64,000 bases of DNA from Candidatus Limnocylindria bacterium (GTDB lineage: Bacteria; Chloroflexota; Limnocylindria; P2-11E): the NCBI GenBank assembly GCA_041486085.1, contig JBGPKU010000007.1, positions 14,630 to 78,629 of the forward strand, written 5' to 3'. The notes under the pieces were generated by a model. It saw only the letters and a program-made list of their open reading frames with translations. It did not search any database and had not been told where the DNA came from. The position numbers were made by a program, and so were the translations under genes. Positions 9,774-18,927 of this stretch are shown piece after piece. Position 1 is the first letter of the stretch, and every line of letters starts with the position of its first letter.

Positions 9774-10508
9774 TCAGACCTCGATGGCGGCGCCATCCAC
9801 GGCGTGCGCGACCTCGAGCTCGCCGATCCGCGCCAGCGTCTCCGCGCCGAGATGCGTCAGCACGATCTTCTTGCAGTCGAGCTCGTTGCGGTGAGACATC
9901 AGTGCTCGATAGGAGATATGCGAGTCGTCCTCGGTGTCGAAGAACGACCCGTCGCAGATGAACAGATCGGCGCCCTGCGCGACGCGCGCCAGCTCCTCGC
10001 TCCACGACGCGTCCCCGGAGTACGCGACGAGCTTGTCGCCGACCCGGATCCGCAGACCGTGCGGGTCGGACTCAGGAACGTGCTTGACCGGGAGCGCGGT
10101 CACGAGCGCGCCGCCCAGCTCCGTCTCGTGAGGGCCGAGCACCGTCTCTTTGACCTCGAATCCGAGCTTTCGATTGCGGAAGAAGTCGGGAAAGAGCGCG
10201 GACTCGGCAGCGCGAAGCCGTTCCGGAAGCGCGCGCGGTCCGCCGATCGCGAGGGGCGCCGTCCGGCGGGCGAAATGCTGCTCCACGACGACGTACGGAA
10301 TGCCGCCGAAGTGGTCGCCGTGCAGGTGGCTGATGGCGATCGCGTCGATGGCCTCGGGATCGAGCTCGCGCTTGAGGGCCGGCAGGGCCGAGCCGCCGCA
10401 GTCGAGCAGGAGGGAAACGCCCGGAGCGCTCACGTGGATGCAGGCGTGGGAGCGACCGCCGTCCGCGAACGCGTTCCCGCTGCCGATGAATCGGACCGTT
10501 ACCCTCAC
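9774..10508 (-). CDS. MBL-fold metallo-hydrolase
   Basis: 'ISHLHGDHFGG' (HxHxDH motif) and 'IGSGNAF'. The GTG start at 10508 lies 7 nt after AGGAGA. The upstream part of track ORF 9774..10751 overlaps the next gene and is Arg/Ser-rich. Confidence 0.75.
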   Translation of the reverse strand: MRVTVRFIGSGNAFADGGRSHACIHVSAPGVSLLLDCGGSALPALKRELDPEAIDAIAISHLHGDHFGGIPYVVVEQHFARRTAPLAIGGPRALPERLRAAESALFPDFFRNRKLGFEVKETVLGPHETELGGALVTALPVKHVPESDPHGLRIRVGDKLVAYSGDASWSEELARVAQGADLFICDGSFFDTEDDSHISYRALMSHRNELDCKKIVLTHLGAETLARIGELEVAHAVDGAAIEV

Positions 10509-10536
10509 GCGCACCTCTCCTGGACGGCGTGTGAGC

Positions 10537-11532
10537 TCACTGGATCTCGGAGAGCTTGACCGTGCGGCGCTCTCGCCACGAGCGGCCCGCGGCCTCGGCG
10601 ATGCGCAGCGCCTCGAGCCCGTCCGCGGCGGTGCAGAGGTTCTCCGCCTCGTCACGGGCGAAACGAAGGAAGTGCGCGAGCTCCGCCGTGTAGGCATCGC
10701 CGAAGCGCACGAAGAACGTCGGATACGCGGGTCCGGCGAGGGGCGGCGCATCGGCCTCGACCGAGCGCCAAGGCGTTCTCGGATCGATGCCGATCGCGAG
10801 CGTGTCCTTCGCCGCGTGGATCTCGACGTGGATGTCGTACCCGGCTTCGTTGTGACGAAGACCGGTGATCAGCCCGAGCGTGCCTCCCTTCAGCTTCACG
10901 AGCACCGCGGACGTGCCGACGTCGTTCAGCGCCTCGTACTGTGGGACACCCAGCGTCGATCCGGTCGCGGTGACCTCCTCGACCTCATCGTCGAAGAGGT
11001 AGCGCGTGATGTCGAGATCGTGGATGAGCTGGTCTTTGAACTCGCCGCCGGATGTGGCGATGTACGCGTCGGGTGGGGGGAGGCGGTCGCAGCTCACCAT
11101 GACGAACGAGTAGACCGGACCCAGCTTCCCGCCGGCGAGCGCGTCCTTGGCCCTGCGGTAGCCGGCGTCGAAACGGCGCTGGAAGCCGATCTGCAGGCGT
11201 CCCTTCGTCCGCTCGGCGTGCGCCACGATCTCCTTCGTCTCGGGGATGCCGATGGCGATCGGCTTCTCGCAGAAGACGGGCAGCCCCGCGTCCAAACAGC
11301 GTCGGAGCAGCGGGACGTGGGTGTTGGTCGGCGTGACGATCACCGCGGCGTCCACGCCCTCGAGGGCAGCATCGATCGTCGGCGCGGCCAGGGCGCCGAT
11401 CTCGTTCGCGACCCCACGGGCGCGGTCGGCATCCGCGTCGTACACGCGCAGCTCGGTGACGTCCTTGAAGCCGCGGAGGGTCGCGGCATGCGCCGCACCG
11501 AGACGACCGACGCCAAGCAGACCTACACGCAC
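10537..11532 (-). CDS. iolG: Gfo/Idh/MocA family oxidoreductase, probable inositol 2-dehydrogenase
   Basis: N-terminal Rossmann 'MRVGLLGVGRLGAAHA' and 'FCEKPIA'. GTG start with GGAGG 8 nt upstream. Divergent from the iolE-C-D-B genes. Confidence 0.65.
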   Translation of the reverse strand: MRVGLLGVGRLGAAHAATLRGFKDVTELRVYDADADRARGVANEIGALAAPTIDAALEGVDAAVIVTPTNTHVPLLRRCLDAGLPVFCEKPIAIGIPETKEIVAHAERTKGRLQIGFQRRFDAGYRRAKDALAGGKLGPVYSFVMVSCDRLPPPDAYIATSGGEFKDQLIHDLDITRYLFDDEVEEVTATGSTLGVPQYEALNDVGTSAVLVKLKGGTLGLITGLRHNEAGYDIHVEIHAAKDTLAIGIDPRTPWRSVEADAPPLAGPAYPTFFVRFGDAYTAELAHFLRFARDEAENLCTAADGLEALRIAEAAGRSWRERRTVKLSEIQ

Positions 11533-11585
11533 CTTCCGAACCTCCGCTGATTTCGCACCCGTTGGCCGGACGTTAGCGTACGGTC

Positions 11586-12452
11586 ATGCGACTCGCCGCC
11601 GCCCCGATCTCGTGGGGCGTTTGCGAAGTCCCCGGATGGGGCTTCCAGCTGGAGCGTGACCGTGTGCTCGCGGATGCCGCGCGCCTCGGACTGCGTGACA
11701 TCGAGGCCGGGCCGCCGGGATTCCTCCCTTCCGCGGCGCCCGAGGCGCGCGAGGTCGTTTCCGGTCGTGGCATGCGTGTGATCGGCGGCTTCGTCACCGT
11801 CGTGCTGCATCGGCCCGAGCGCCTCGAAGCCGAGCTCGCGTCTCTCGACCGGCAGGCCGCCTGGCTCGCGGCCCTCGGCTCCGAGGTCCTGGTCCTCGCG
11901 GCGGCGAGCGGCCGCGACGGCTACGACGTTCCGGCCGAGCTCAGAGGCGAGGAGTGGACGGCGCTCCTCGCGGCGCTGCCTCGCGCCGTCGGGATCGCGC
12001 GGCGACATGGCCTGGCCACGGCCCTCCACCCGCACGTCGGTACGGCGATCGAGAGCCGCGCGTCGATCGACCGCATCCTGCGCGACAGCGGAGTGCCGCT
12101 CTGCCTCGACACCGGTCACATCTTCGTGGGCGGAGGCGATCCGGCCGCGATCGCGCGCGAGCATCCGTCCCGGGTCCGTCACGTCCACCTGAAGGACGCC
12201 GATGCGTCTCTCGCGGCCGCGGTGCGCGAGCGGCGCCTCGGATACGCGGAGGCGGTGGCGCGCGGCCTGTTCATGCCGCTTGGCCTGGGTGGCGCCGGCA
12301 TCGCCGACGTGCTCGCGGCGCTCAGGTCGGCGGGATACGGCGGTTGGTCCGTGCTCGAGCAGGACATCGCCCTGCGCGAGGCGCCCACGGAAGCGAACGA
12401 TCCGGCGCGTGATGTCACGCGCTCGCGGGACTTCGCCCTCGCCCATGGATAG
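11586..12452 (+). CDS. iolE: sugar phosphate isomerase/epimerase (TIM barrel), probable inosose dehydratase
   Basis: 'AAAPISWGVCEVPGWG' N-terminus typical of IolE; xylose-isomerase-like TIM family; first gene of the iol operon. Confidence 0.7.
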   Translation: MRLAAAPISWGVCEVPGWGFQLERDRVLADAARLGLRDIEAGPPGFLPSAAPEAREVVSGRGMRVIGGFVTVVLHRPERLEAELASLDRQAAWLAALGSEVLVLAAASGRDGYDVPAELRGEEWTALLAALPRAVGIARRHGLATALHPHVGTAIESRASIDRILRDSGVPLCLDTGHIFVGGGDPAAIAREHPSRVRHVHLKDADASLAAAVRERRLGYAEAVARGLFMPLGLGGAGIADVLAALRSAGYGGWSVLEQDIALREAPTEANDPARDVTRSRDFALAHG

Positions 12453-13386
12453 CCACGAGGTGCTCACGATGGGCCGGGTGAGCGTCGACCTGTATCCGCA
12501 GCAGCTCGGGGTCCCGCTCGCCAAGGTCGCGACGTTCGCGAAGTCACTGGGCGGCAGCGCGACCAACGTCGCGGTGGCCGCATCGCGCCTCGGGCGGCGT
12601 GCCGGTGTGATCACGAAGGTCGGTGCCGACGGGTTCGGCGAGTACGTGCGCGAGGCGCTCGCCGGTTTCGGCGTCGACGCGCGGTTCGTGGGCACCGACG
12701 CGCGTCTGCGCACGCCGCTGGTGTTCTGCGAGATCTATCCGCCCGACCGGTTTCCGCTGCTCTTCTACCGCGAGCCGACGGCGCCCGACATGACCATCAC
12801 CGTCGCCGAGCTGCCGAAGGACGACGTCCGGAACGCGGCCCTCTTCTGGACAACGGGGACGGGTCTGTCTGCGCAGCCCAGCCGTGACGCGACGCTGGTC
12901 GCCCTCGGTCTCGCGAAGGGCGTCCGCGTCCACGATCTCGATCACCGTCCGTCGTTGTGGGCCGCGGGCGAGGATCCACGGCGCTGGGCGCTCGAGGCAG
13001 CAAAGCGCGCGACGGTCATCATCGGGAACTCTGATGAGGTCGAGATGGCCACGGGCACGCGCGACCCGGCGGGCGCCGCCCGAGCGCTGCTCGCGGCCGG
13101 ACCCGAGGTCGTCATCGTGAAGCAGGGGCTCGAGGGGGCGTCGGCGTTCACGCACGAGGGCGCCGTCCATGCGCCGGTCATCCCAGTCGAGGTCATCTGC
13201 GGCCTCGGCGCGGGTGACGCGTTCGGTGGCGCGATCGCGCACGGCATGCTCGCGAAGTGGGAGCTGGCGCGCACCCTGGCGTTCGCGAACGCCGCGGGCG
13301 CGATCGTCGCGTCGCGCCTCGCGTGCGCGGACGCGATGCCCACCGTCGGCGAGGTGGATGCGCTGCTCGGCAGGGCGAAGCGGTGA
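12445..13386 (+). CDS. iolC: 5-dehydro-2-deoxygluconokinase (PfkB family)
   Basis: ATG 12445 overlaps the iolE end. PfkB motifs 'GGSATNVAVA' and 'GAGDAFGGA'. The N-terminal 81 aa of track ORF 12202..13386 are out of frame relative to iolE. Confidence 0.8.
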   Translation: MDSHEVLTMGRVSVDLYPQQLGVPLAKVATFAKSLGGSATNVAVAASRLGRRAGVITKVGADGFGEYVREALAGFGVDARFVGTDARLRTPLVFCEIYPPDRFPLLFYREPTAPDMTITVAELPKDDVRNAALFWTTGTGLSAQPSRDATLVALGLAKGVRVHDLDHRPSLWAAGEDPRRWALEAAKRATVIIGNSDEVEMATGTRDPAGAARALLAAGPEVVIVKQGLEGASAFTHEGAVHAPVIPVEVICGLGAGDAFGGAIAHGMLAKWELARTLAFANAAGAIVASRLACADAMPTVGEVDALLGRAKR

Positions 13387-15257
13387 GCGGCACGACGCGT
13401 CTCACCATGGCGCAGGCGCTCATCCGCTTTCTCTCCGCGCAATACGTCGAGCGCGACGGCGTGGAAGAGCGGTTCTTCGCGGGCGTCTTCGGCATCTTCG
13501 GCCACGGCAATGTGGCCGGGATCGGTCAGGCGCTGCACCAGTACCGCGACCTCCTTCCGTACCACCTCGCGCGGAACGAGCAGGCGATGGTGCACATCGC
13601 GGCCGCGCATGCACGGATGCGCGATCGTCTCGGCACGTTCGCCTGTACGAGCTCCATCGGGCCGGGTGCCACGAACATGGTCACCGGTGCGGCGCTCGCG
13701 ACGATCGATCGGCTGCCGGTGCTCCTGCTTCCGGGCGACGTCTTCGCATCGCGCCGGCCCGATCCGGTGCTCCAGCAGCTGGAGCAGCCATCGCGTGGCG
13801 ACGTGAGCGTGAATGACGCGTTCATCCCGGTCTCGCGGTACTTCGACCGCATCACCCGTCCCGAGCAGATCGTTCCGGCGGCGCTCGCGGCGATGCGCGT
13901 CCTCACCAGCCAGGCCGACACCGGAGCGGTCACGCTGTCTCTTCCCCAGGACGTGCAGACGGAGGCGTTCGCGGTGCCCGACGAGTTCCTCCAAAGGCGC
14001 GTCTGGCACATCGGACGGCCGATCCCCGACGCCTCGTCGCTCGCTCGTCTCGTCGACCTGATCGCCGGGTCGCGCCGTCCGCTCATCGTCGCGGGCGGCG
14101 GCGTCATCTACTCGCGCGCCACGGAGGCGCTCCGGCGATTCGTCGAGCGCACCGGCGTGCCCGTGGGGGAGACGCAGGCCGGCAAGGGCGCGCTGCCGTG
14201 GGATCACCCGCAGTCGCTCGGCGCGATCGGCGTGACCGGCACGAGCGCGGCCAACGCCATCGCGTTGGGGGCCGACGTGATCATCGGCATCGGCACACGC
14301 TGGAGCGACTTCACGACCGGGTCACACGCGCTCTTCGCTCCCGGCGCGCGCTTCGCGAACGTGAACATCGCCGAGCTCGACGCGTCGAAGATGGGCGCGC
14401 TGCCAGTGGTCGGAGACGCGCGGGTCGTGCTCGAGGCGCTGGCCGCGGTCGACCACCGCGTCGACGACGCCTACCACGCGAGCGTGGGCAGGCTGAAGGC
14501 GGCGTGGGAGAAGGAGGTCGACGCTGCCTACGCGCGCCGGCATACGCCGCTCCCCGCGCAGAGCGAGGTCATCGGCGCGCTCAACGAGGCGCTCGGCGCT
14601 CGCGACGTCGTGATCTGCGCCGCTGGCTCGCTGCCCGGCGAGCTGCACCGGCTGTGGCGCGCGCGCGATCCGAAGCAGTACCACGTCGAGTACGGCTACT
14701 CCTGCATGGGGTACGAGATACCGGCGGGCATCGGTGTGAAGCTGGCCGCCCCCGACCGCGAAGTGTTCGTCATGGTGGGCGACGGCTCGTACCTGATGAT
14801 GCCGAGCGAGATCGTGACCGCGGTCCAGGAAGGCACCAAGCTGGTCATCGTCCTCGTGGACAACTCGGGCTTCGCCTCGATCGGCGCTCTGTCCCGCTCG
14901 CTCGGGCTCGGCGGGTTTGGGACACGGTACGGCTACCGCACGAGCGGTTCGCTCCCATCCGACCAGGACACGGAGCCGGTCCGCCCGCTGCCGGTGGACC
15001 TCGGCGCGAACGCCGAGAGTCTGGGGGCGCGCGTGCTGCGCCCCGCGACGATCGACGAGCTGCGCGCCGCGCTGACCCACGCGAAGCACGCGACGGAGAC
15101 GACCGTGGTCTACATCCGCGTGGACCGCTACGCGGGCGTCGAGGCCGGTGGCGCGTGGTGGGACGTCGCCACCCCTGAGGTCGCCGAGGATGCCGCGGTA
15201 CGCGCGGCGCACGATCGTGACGCGCTCGAGCGGCGGCGGCAGCGCCGCCATCTGTGA
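13383..15257 (+). CDS. iolD: 3D-(3,5/4)-trihydroxycyclohexane-1,2-dione acylhydrolase (TPP enzyme)
   Basis: GTGA overlap with the iolC stop. 'TMAQALIRFLSAQYVERDG', 'GHGNVAGIGQAL' and TPP-binding 'GDGSYLMMPSEIVTAVQEG'. Confidence 0.85.
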   Translation: MSGTTRLTMAQALIRFLSAQYVERDGVEERFFAGVFGIFGHGNVAGIGQALHQYRDLLPYHLARNEQAMVHIAAAHARMRDRLGTFACTSSIGPGATNMVTGAALATIDRLPVLLLPGDVFASRRPDPVLQQLEQPSRGDVSVNDAFIPVSRYFDRITRPEQIVPAALAAMRVLTSQADTGAVTLSLPQDVQTEAFAVPDEFLQRRVWHIGRPIPDASSLARLVDLIAGSRRPLIVAGGGVIYSRATEALRRFVERTGVPVGETQAGKGALPWDHPQSLGAIGVTGTSAANAIALGADVIIGIGTRWSDFTTGSHALFAPGARFANVNIAELDASKMGALPVVGDARVVLEALAAVDHRVDDAYHASVGRLKAAWEKEVDAAYARRHTPLPAQSEVIGALNEALGARDVVICAAGSLPGELHRLWRARDPKQYHVEYGYSCMGYEIPAGIGVKLAAPDREVFVMVGDGSYLMMPSEIVTAVQEGTKLVIVLVDNSGFASIGALSRSLGLGGFGTRYGYRTSGSLPSDQDTEPVRPLPVDLGANAESLGARVLRPATIDELRAALTHAKHATETTVVYIRVDRYAGVEAGGAWWDVATPEVAEDAAVRAAHDRDALERRRQRRHL

Positions 15258-16054
15258 CCGGACTGCGGATCCCGAGCGAGCCGAAGCCGGACCACGAGCA
15301 CCGGCTGCTCGACGTCACGCCCGAGCGCGCGGGCTGGAAGTTCGTTGGCTTCGAGGTCGTGAAGCTCGCGAGGCAGGAGCCGCTCGCGCGAGACACCGGC
15401 GACCGCGAGGCCTGCTTCGTGTGGCTCGGCGGCACCGGCGCGGTGATCGCGGGCCAGGAGCGCTGGGCGCGCGTGGGAAAGAGGAAGAACGTGTTCGATG
15501 GGCCGCCACAGGCGGTCTACGCGCCACCCGGCACTTCCGTGCGCATTACCGCCGGACCTCGTGGGGCGGAGATCGCGATCGGCTGGGCGCCTGCGACGCG
15601 CGGGTCCGCGCCCGCGCGGCTGCTCGCCGATGCGACGGTCGAGCAGCGCGGCGAGGGCGCCGCCGAGCGGACCATCCACCAGATCCTCATGGAGGATCGG
15701 GAAGCCCAGCGCCTGCTCGTGACGGAGGTCCTGACACCGGCGGGCCACTGGTCGAGCTACCCACCGCACAAGCACGACGTCGACGACCCGCCGAACGAGA
15801 CCGCCCTCGAAGAGATCTATTACTTCCGCATGAAGGACCCGCGTGGCTTCGCACTGCAACGCCTGTACACCGCCGATCGATCGCTCGATGAAAACCTGGC
15901 CGTGCGTGATGGCGACCTCGTCCTCGTGCCGCGCGGCTACCACACCGTCTCGGCCGCGCCGGGCTACGACGCGTACTACCTGAACGTGATGGCCGGCCCG
16001 CGCCGCGAGTGGAAGATCACGTTCGATCCGGATCACGAGCGCATGCGCTGGTGA
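15254..16054 (+). CDS. iolB: 5-deoxy-glucuronate isomerase
   Basis: GTGA overlap with iolD. Cupin-type 'SSYPPHKHD' and 'EEIYYFR', at the usual IolB length and position. Confidence 0.85.
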   Translation: MTGLRIPSEPKPDHEHRLLDVTPERAGWKFVGFEVVKLARQEPLARDTGDREACFVWLGGTGAVIAGQERWARVGKRKNVFDGPPQAVYAPPGTSVRITAGPRGAEIAIGWAPATRGSAPARLLADATVEQRGEGAAERTIHQILMEDREAQRLLVTEVLTPAGHWSSYPPHKHDVDDPPNETALEEIYYFRMKDPRGFALQRLYTADRSLDENLAVRDGDLVLVPRGYHTVSAAPGYDAYYLNVMAGPRREWKITFDPDHERMRW

Positions 16055-16722
16055 CGCGCATCGAAGCCGTGCTGTTCGACTGGGGCGACACGCTCTTCGA
16101 AAGTCCTCACGCGCCGACGGTGATCCTCGAGCACGCTCGCGCTCAGAACATACCGATGACGCGCGATACGGCCGACCAGATGTGGCGAGAGCTCTGGGAC
16201 GCGGGCAAGACGGCCGAGGAGCACGCCAAGGGCCGCGATCTGTCCAGCGAGGCGCACCGGCGGGTGTGGACGGATCTCTTCTCCCGCGCGAACCCTCAGC
16301 TGCCCGGCATCGACCGGGCGCTGTACGAGCAGGTCATGGACGCCTCCACGTGGACGCCGTACCCGGATACCGAGGCGACGCTGCGCGCGCTGCACGATCG
16401 CCGAGTGCCCATCGGGATCATCAGCAACCATTCGTTCGAGCTGCGGGATTTCTTCAAGCGCCATCGGCTCGATCGCTACATCGACAGCTACACGCTCTCG
16501 TACCAGGTCGGCGCGGCGAAGCCGTCGCCGCGCATCTTCGAGGAGGCGCGCCGCAAGCTCGCCGTCCCGCCCGCGAACGTCCTCATGGTCGGGGACGATG
16601 CGGTGAGCGACGGCGGCGCCAGCGCGGTCGGGCTTCAGGTGTATCTCCTCCCTCCATACGAGCACGGTGGCCCGCGCGGGCTGGAACGGATCGTGCAGAT
16701 CGTGGACGCCTCCCGTGCATGA
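16051..16722 (+). CDS. HAD family hydrolase
   Basis: GTG 16051 overlaps the iolB stop. Motif I 'VLFDWGDTLF', plus 'GIISN' and 'MVGDDAVSDGGGA'-like motifs. Confidence 0.75.
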   Translation: MTRIEAVLFDWGDTLFESPHAPTVILEHARAQNIPMTRDTADQMWRELWDAGKTAEEHAKGRDLSSEAHRRVWTDLFSRANPQLPGIDRALYEQVMDASTWTPYPDTEATLRALHDRRVPIGIISNHSFELRDFFKRHRLDRYIDSYTLSYQVGAAKPSPRIFEEARRKLAVPPANVLMVGDDAVSDGGASAVGLQVYLLPPYEHGGPRGLERIVQIVDASRA

Positions 16723-17468
16723 GTGACGCCCGCGTCGAGGTCGGCGGGCGGGACGTGCTCGCCATCGCGAAGACGGTGGCCGCGAACGAGTTCCCGGTGG
16801 AGCGCCCGTCCGTGATCGGCGTGGACCGCGAGTCGGGCAACCTCGTTCGTCTCTCGCCGTTCCCGTGGAAGGGCAACGACACCGACCCGCCGATCGCGAA
16901 GTGGGGCTGGCTCCATGTGAACACGACTCCGGACCAGCGCGACCCTCGCCCGGAGACGGTGGGCGTCGAGGGCGAGGTGATGATGACGGCGTACCTCGAC
17001 GCGAAGGACGCCTGGCGCCTGCGGTGGCCGTTCGTGCGACCGCACCTGCGCGGGTCGCTCGAGTCACTACAGGAGCTCGCGCGGGAGCGCGTCGCGACCG
17101 CCGGATTCATCAGGCCCGCGAGTGGCGACGTGGTACAGCTGCCGCTGCGTTACCGCTTCCGTTGCGACAGCGACGTCTGCGACACCACGCACGAGCTGCC
17201 GATCCTCGACTGGGAGATCCACGAGATGGCCCGACTGTCGCGCGAGCGCTACGGCCAGCAGTGGGCCACGCGGTTCCGCGCGACCTGGGGCCAGGGCCTG
17301 TTCGAGCGCTACGACGTGCACCTCTTGCTGTCGTCGTACGCGCAATCACCCTCGAAGTTCTACGTCGCCGGGCTCTTCCACCCGCCGCGCGAGGCCGAGG
17401 ACGCGCACGAGCATCTCCATCACGCGGAGCACCGCGAGCACCTCCGCGGGACGCCGACTACGCCCTAA
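16719..17468 (+). CDS. conserved-looking hypothetical protein (Cys/His cluster 'FRCDSDVCDTTHE')
   Basis: ATGA overlap with the HAD stop. The 249-aa product has normal composition, and I recognise no family. The first 179 aa of track ORF 16182..17468 are out-of-frame overlap of the HAD gene. Confidence 0.6.
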   Translation: MSDARVEVGGRDVLAIAKTVAANEFPVERPSVIGVDRESGNLVRLSPFPWKGNDTDPPIAKWGWLHVNTTPDQRDPRPETVGVEGEVMMTAYLDAKDAWRLRWPFVRPHLRGSLESLQELARERVATAGFIRPASGDVVQLPLRYRFRCDSDVCDTTHELPILDWEIHEMARLSRERYGQQWATRFRATWGQGLFERYDVHLLLSSYAQSPSKFYVAGLFHPPREAEDAHEHLHHAEHREHLRGTPTTP

Positions 17469-18480
17469 CCGGCTCCGTCACGCCGAGCGTCCCCAGCGAC
17501 GCGCGGGCATTGCGCTCGGCGCGCTCCGCGAACGCGCGCTGCGCCGCGGCCACGTTCTCCGGACGTCCAGCCCAGACCTTGAGAGGCGCGAGCACGAGCG
17601 CGCGGCTGAACGAGAACGTCAGCCGCCACGGCGCCGGCCCCAGCTTGTTCATCGCGTCGAGGCGCGTGGTCGCGTCCTCGTCCGACTGACCGCCCGACAG
17701 GAATGCCACTCCGGGGACGGTGCTCGGCACCGCGTGCTTCAGGGTGCGCACAGTCTTGAGCGCGACCTCAGCGGGCGAAGCCAGCTTCGTCGCGCTCGCG
17801 CCGGGCACGACCATGTTCGGCTTCAGCACGGTGGCCTCGAGCGCGACACGCGCGGCGACAAGCTCCTGGTACAGACGGGTGAGGTAGATCTCCGACACCT
17901 CGGCGCAGCGGTCGATGTGGTGATCGCCGTCCATGAGCACTTCGGGCTCGACGATGGGAACGAGCCCGGCATCCTGTGCGATCGCCGCGTAGCGCGCGAG
18001 CGCGTGCGCGTTGGCGTCGATCGCCTGCATCGACGGGAGGCTGCCGCTGATCGAGACGATCGCGCGCCATTTCGCGAACCGTGCGCCGAGCGCGCGGTAC
18101 TCGCGCAGGCGCTCGCCGAGACCATCCAGTCCCTCGGTCACGACCTCGCCGGGAAAGAATGGCAACGGCTTGGTCCCGATGTCGGCCTTGATCCCGGGGA
18201 TCGAGCCCGCCTGCTCGATGAGGGTGACGAGCGGCGTGCCGTCGGCGGCGCGCTGACGGATCGTCTCGTCGTAGAGGATCACGCCCGAGATGTACCTCGA
18301 CATCGGCTCCGTCGCGCGGAAGAGCAGCTCGCGGTAGTCGCGGCGGCTGTCCGGAGTGGATGCGACACCGATCAGGCCGAGTCGCTGCTCCATGGTGCGC
18401 GGTGATTCGTCGGCCGCGAGAATGCCGCGACCCGGCGCGACCATCGCGCTGGCGATGGCGGCCAGGTCGGCGATGGACAT
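17458..18480 (-). CDS. class I fructose-bisphosphate aldolase
   Basis: 'GRGILAADES', 'ISGVILYDETIRQ' and 'LKPNMVVPG' (Schiff-base Lys region). Confidence 0.85.
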   Translation of the reverse strand: MSIADLAAIASAMVAPGRGILAADESPRTMEQRLGLIGVASTPDSRRDYRELLFRATEPMSRYISGVILYDETIRQRAADGTPLVTLIEQAGSIPGIKADIGTKPLPFFPGEVVTEGLDGLGERLREYRALGARFAKWRAIVSISGSLPSMQAIDANAHALARYAAIAQDAGLVPIVEPEVLMDGDHHIDRCAEVSEIYLTRLYQELVAARVALEATVLKPNMVVPGASATKLASPAEVALKTVRTLKHAVPSTVPGVAFLSGGQSDEDATTRLDAMNKLGPAPWRLTFSFSRALVLAPLKVWAGRPENVAAAQRAFAERAERNARASLGTLGVTEPVRA

Positions 18481-18914
18481 CAGACCTTTCCGACGAGCAG
18501 CTTGGGCACGTCGTGTCGGTCGAGTCCGATCTCTGAGATCTTGCCCTTGTAGCCGTGCGGGAAGATGCGGAGCAGCAGGAACGTCCCGGTGAGCTCGTCA
18601 TCGACTCGCTCGACGACGAGCGACGGTCCCCACCGCGAGTCGTAGGCCTCGGCGACCGTTGGCTTGGTGACGCCCAGCTCGAATCCTTCCTTATCCCACT
18701 GCAGGACCGCGTAGCCACGCACGATGCGCTCCTCGTCACCGCCCTCGTCCGGCCGCCAGCGATGCGGCTCGGGATGCTCGCGCTGACACACGGCGGGTGA
18801 GGCTGAATGCATCGTGACCCACTTGTAGACGTCCGCGTCCTTGCTCTGGGCCCCCTGCGGATACGCCTCACGGTGTTTCTGCTCGCCAACGGTGCACAGG
18901 TAATAGAAGAGCAT
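18480..18914 (-). CDS. hypothetical protein
   Basis: ATG at 18914 ('MLFYYLCTVGEQKH...'), 144 aa. Its stop overlaps the aldolase start by 1 nt (TGATG). Confidence 0.55.
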   Translation of the reverse strand: MLFYYLCTVGEQKHREAYPQGAQSKDADVYKWVTMHSASPAVCQREHPEPHRWRPDEGGDEERIVRGYAVLQWDKEGFELGVTKPTVAEAYDSRWGPSLVVERVDDELTGTFLLLRIFPHGYKGKISEIGLDRHDVPKLLVGKV

Positions 18915-18927
18915 CGAGGCGCAGTAT

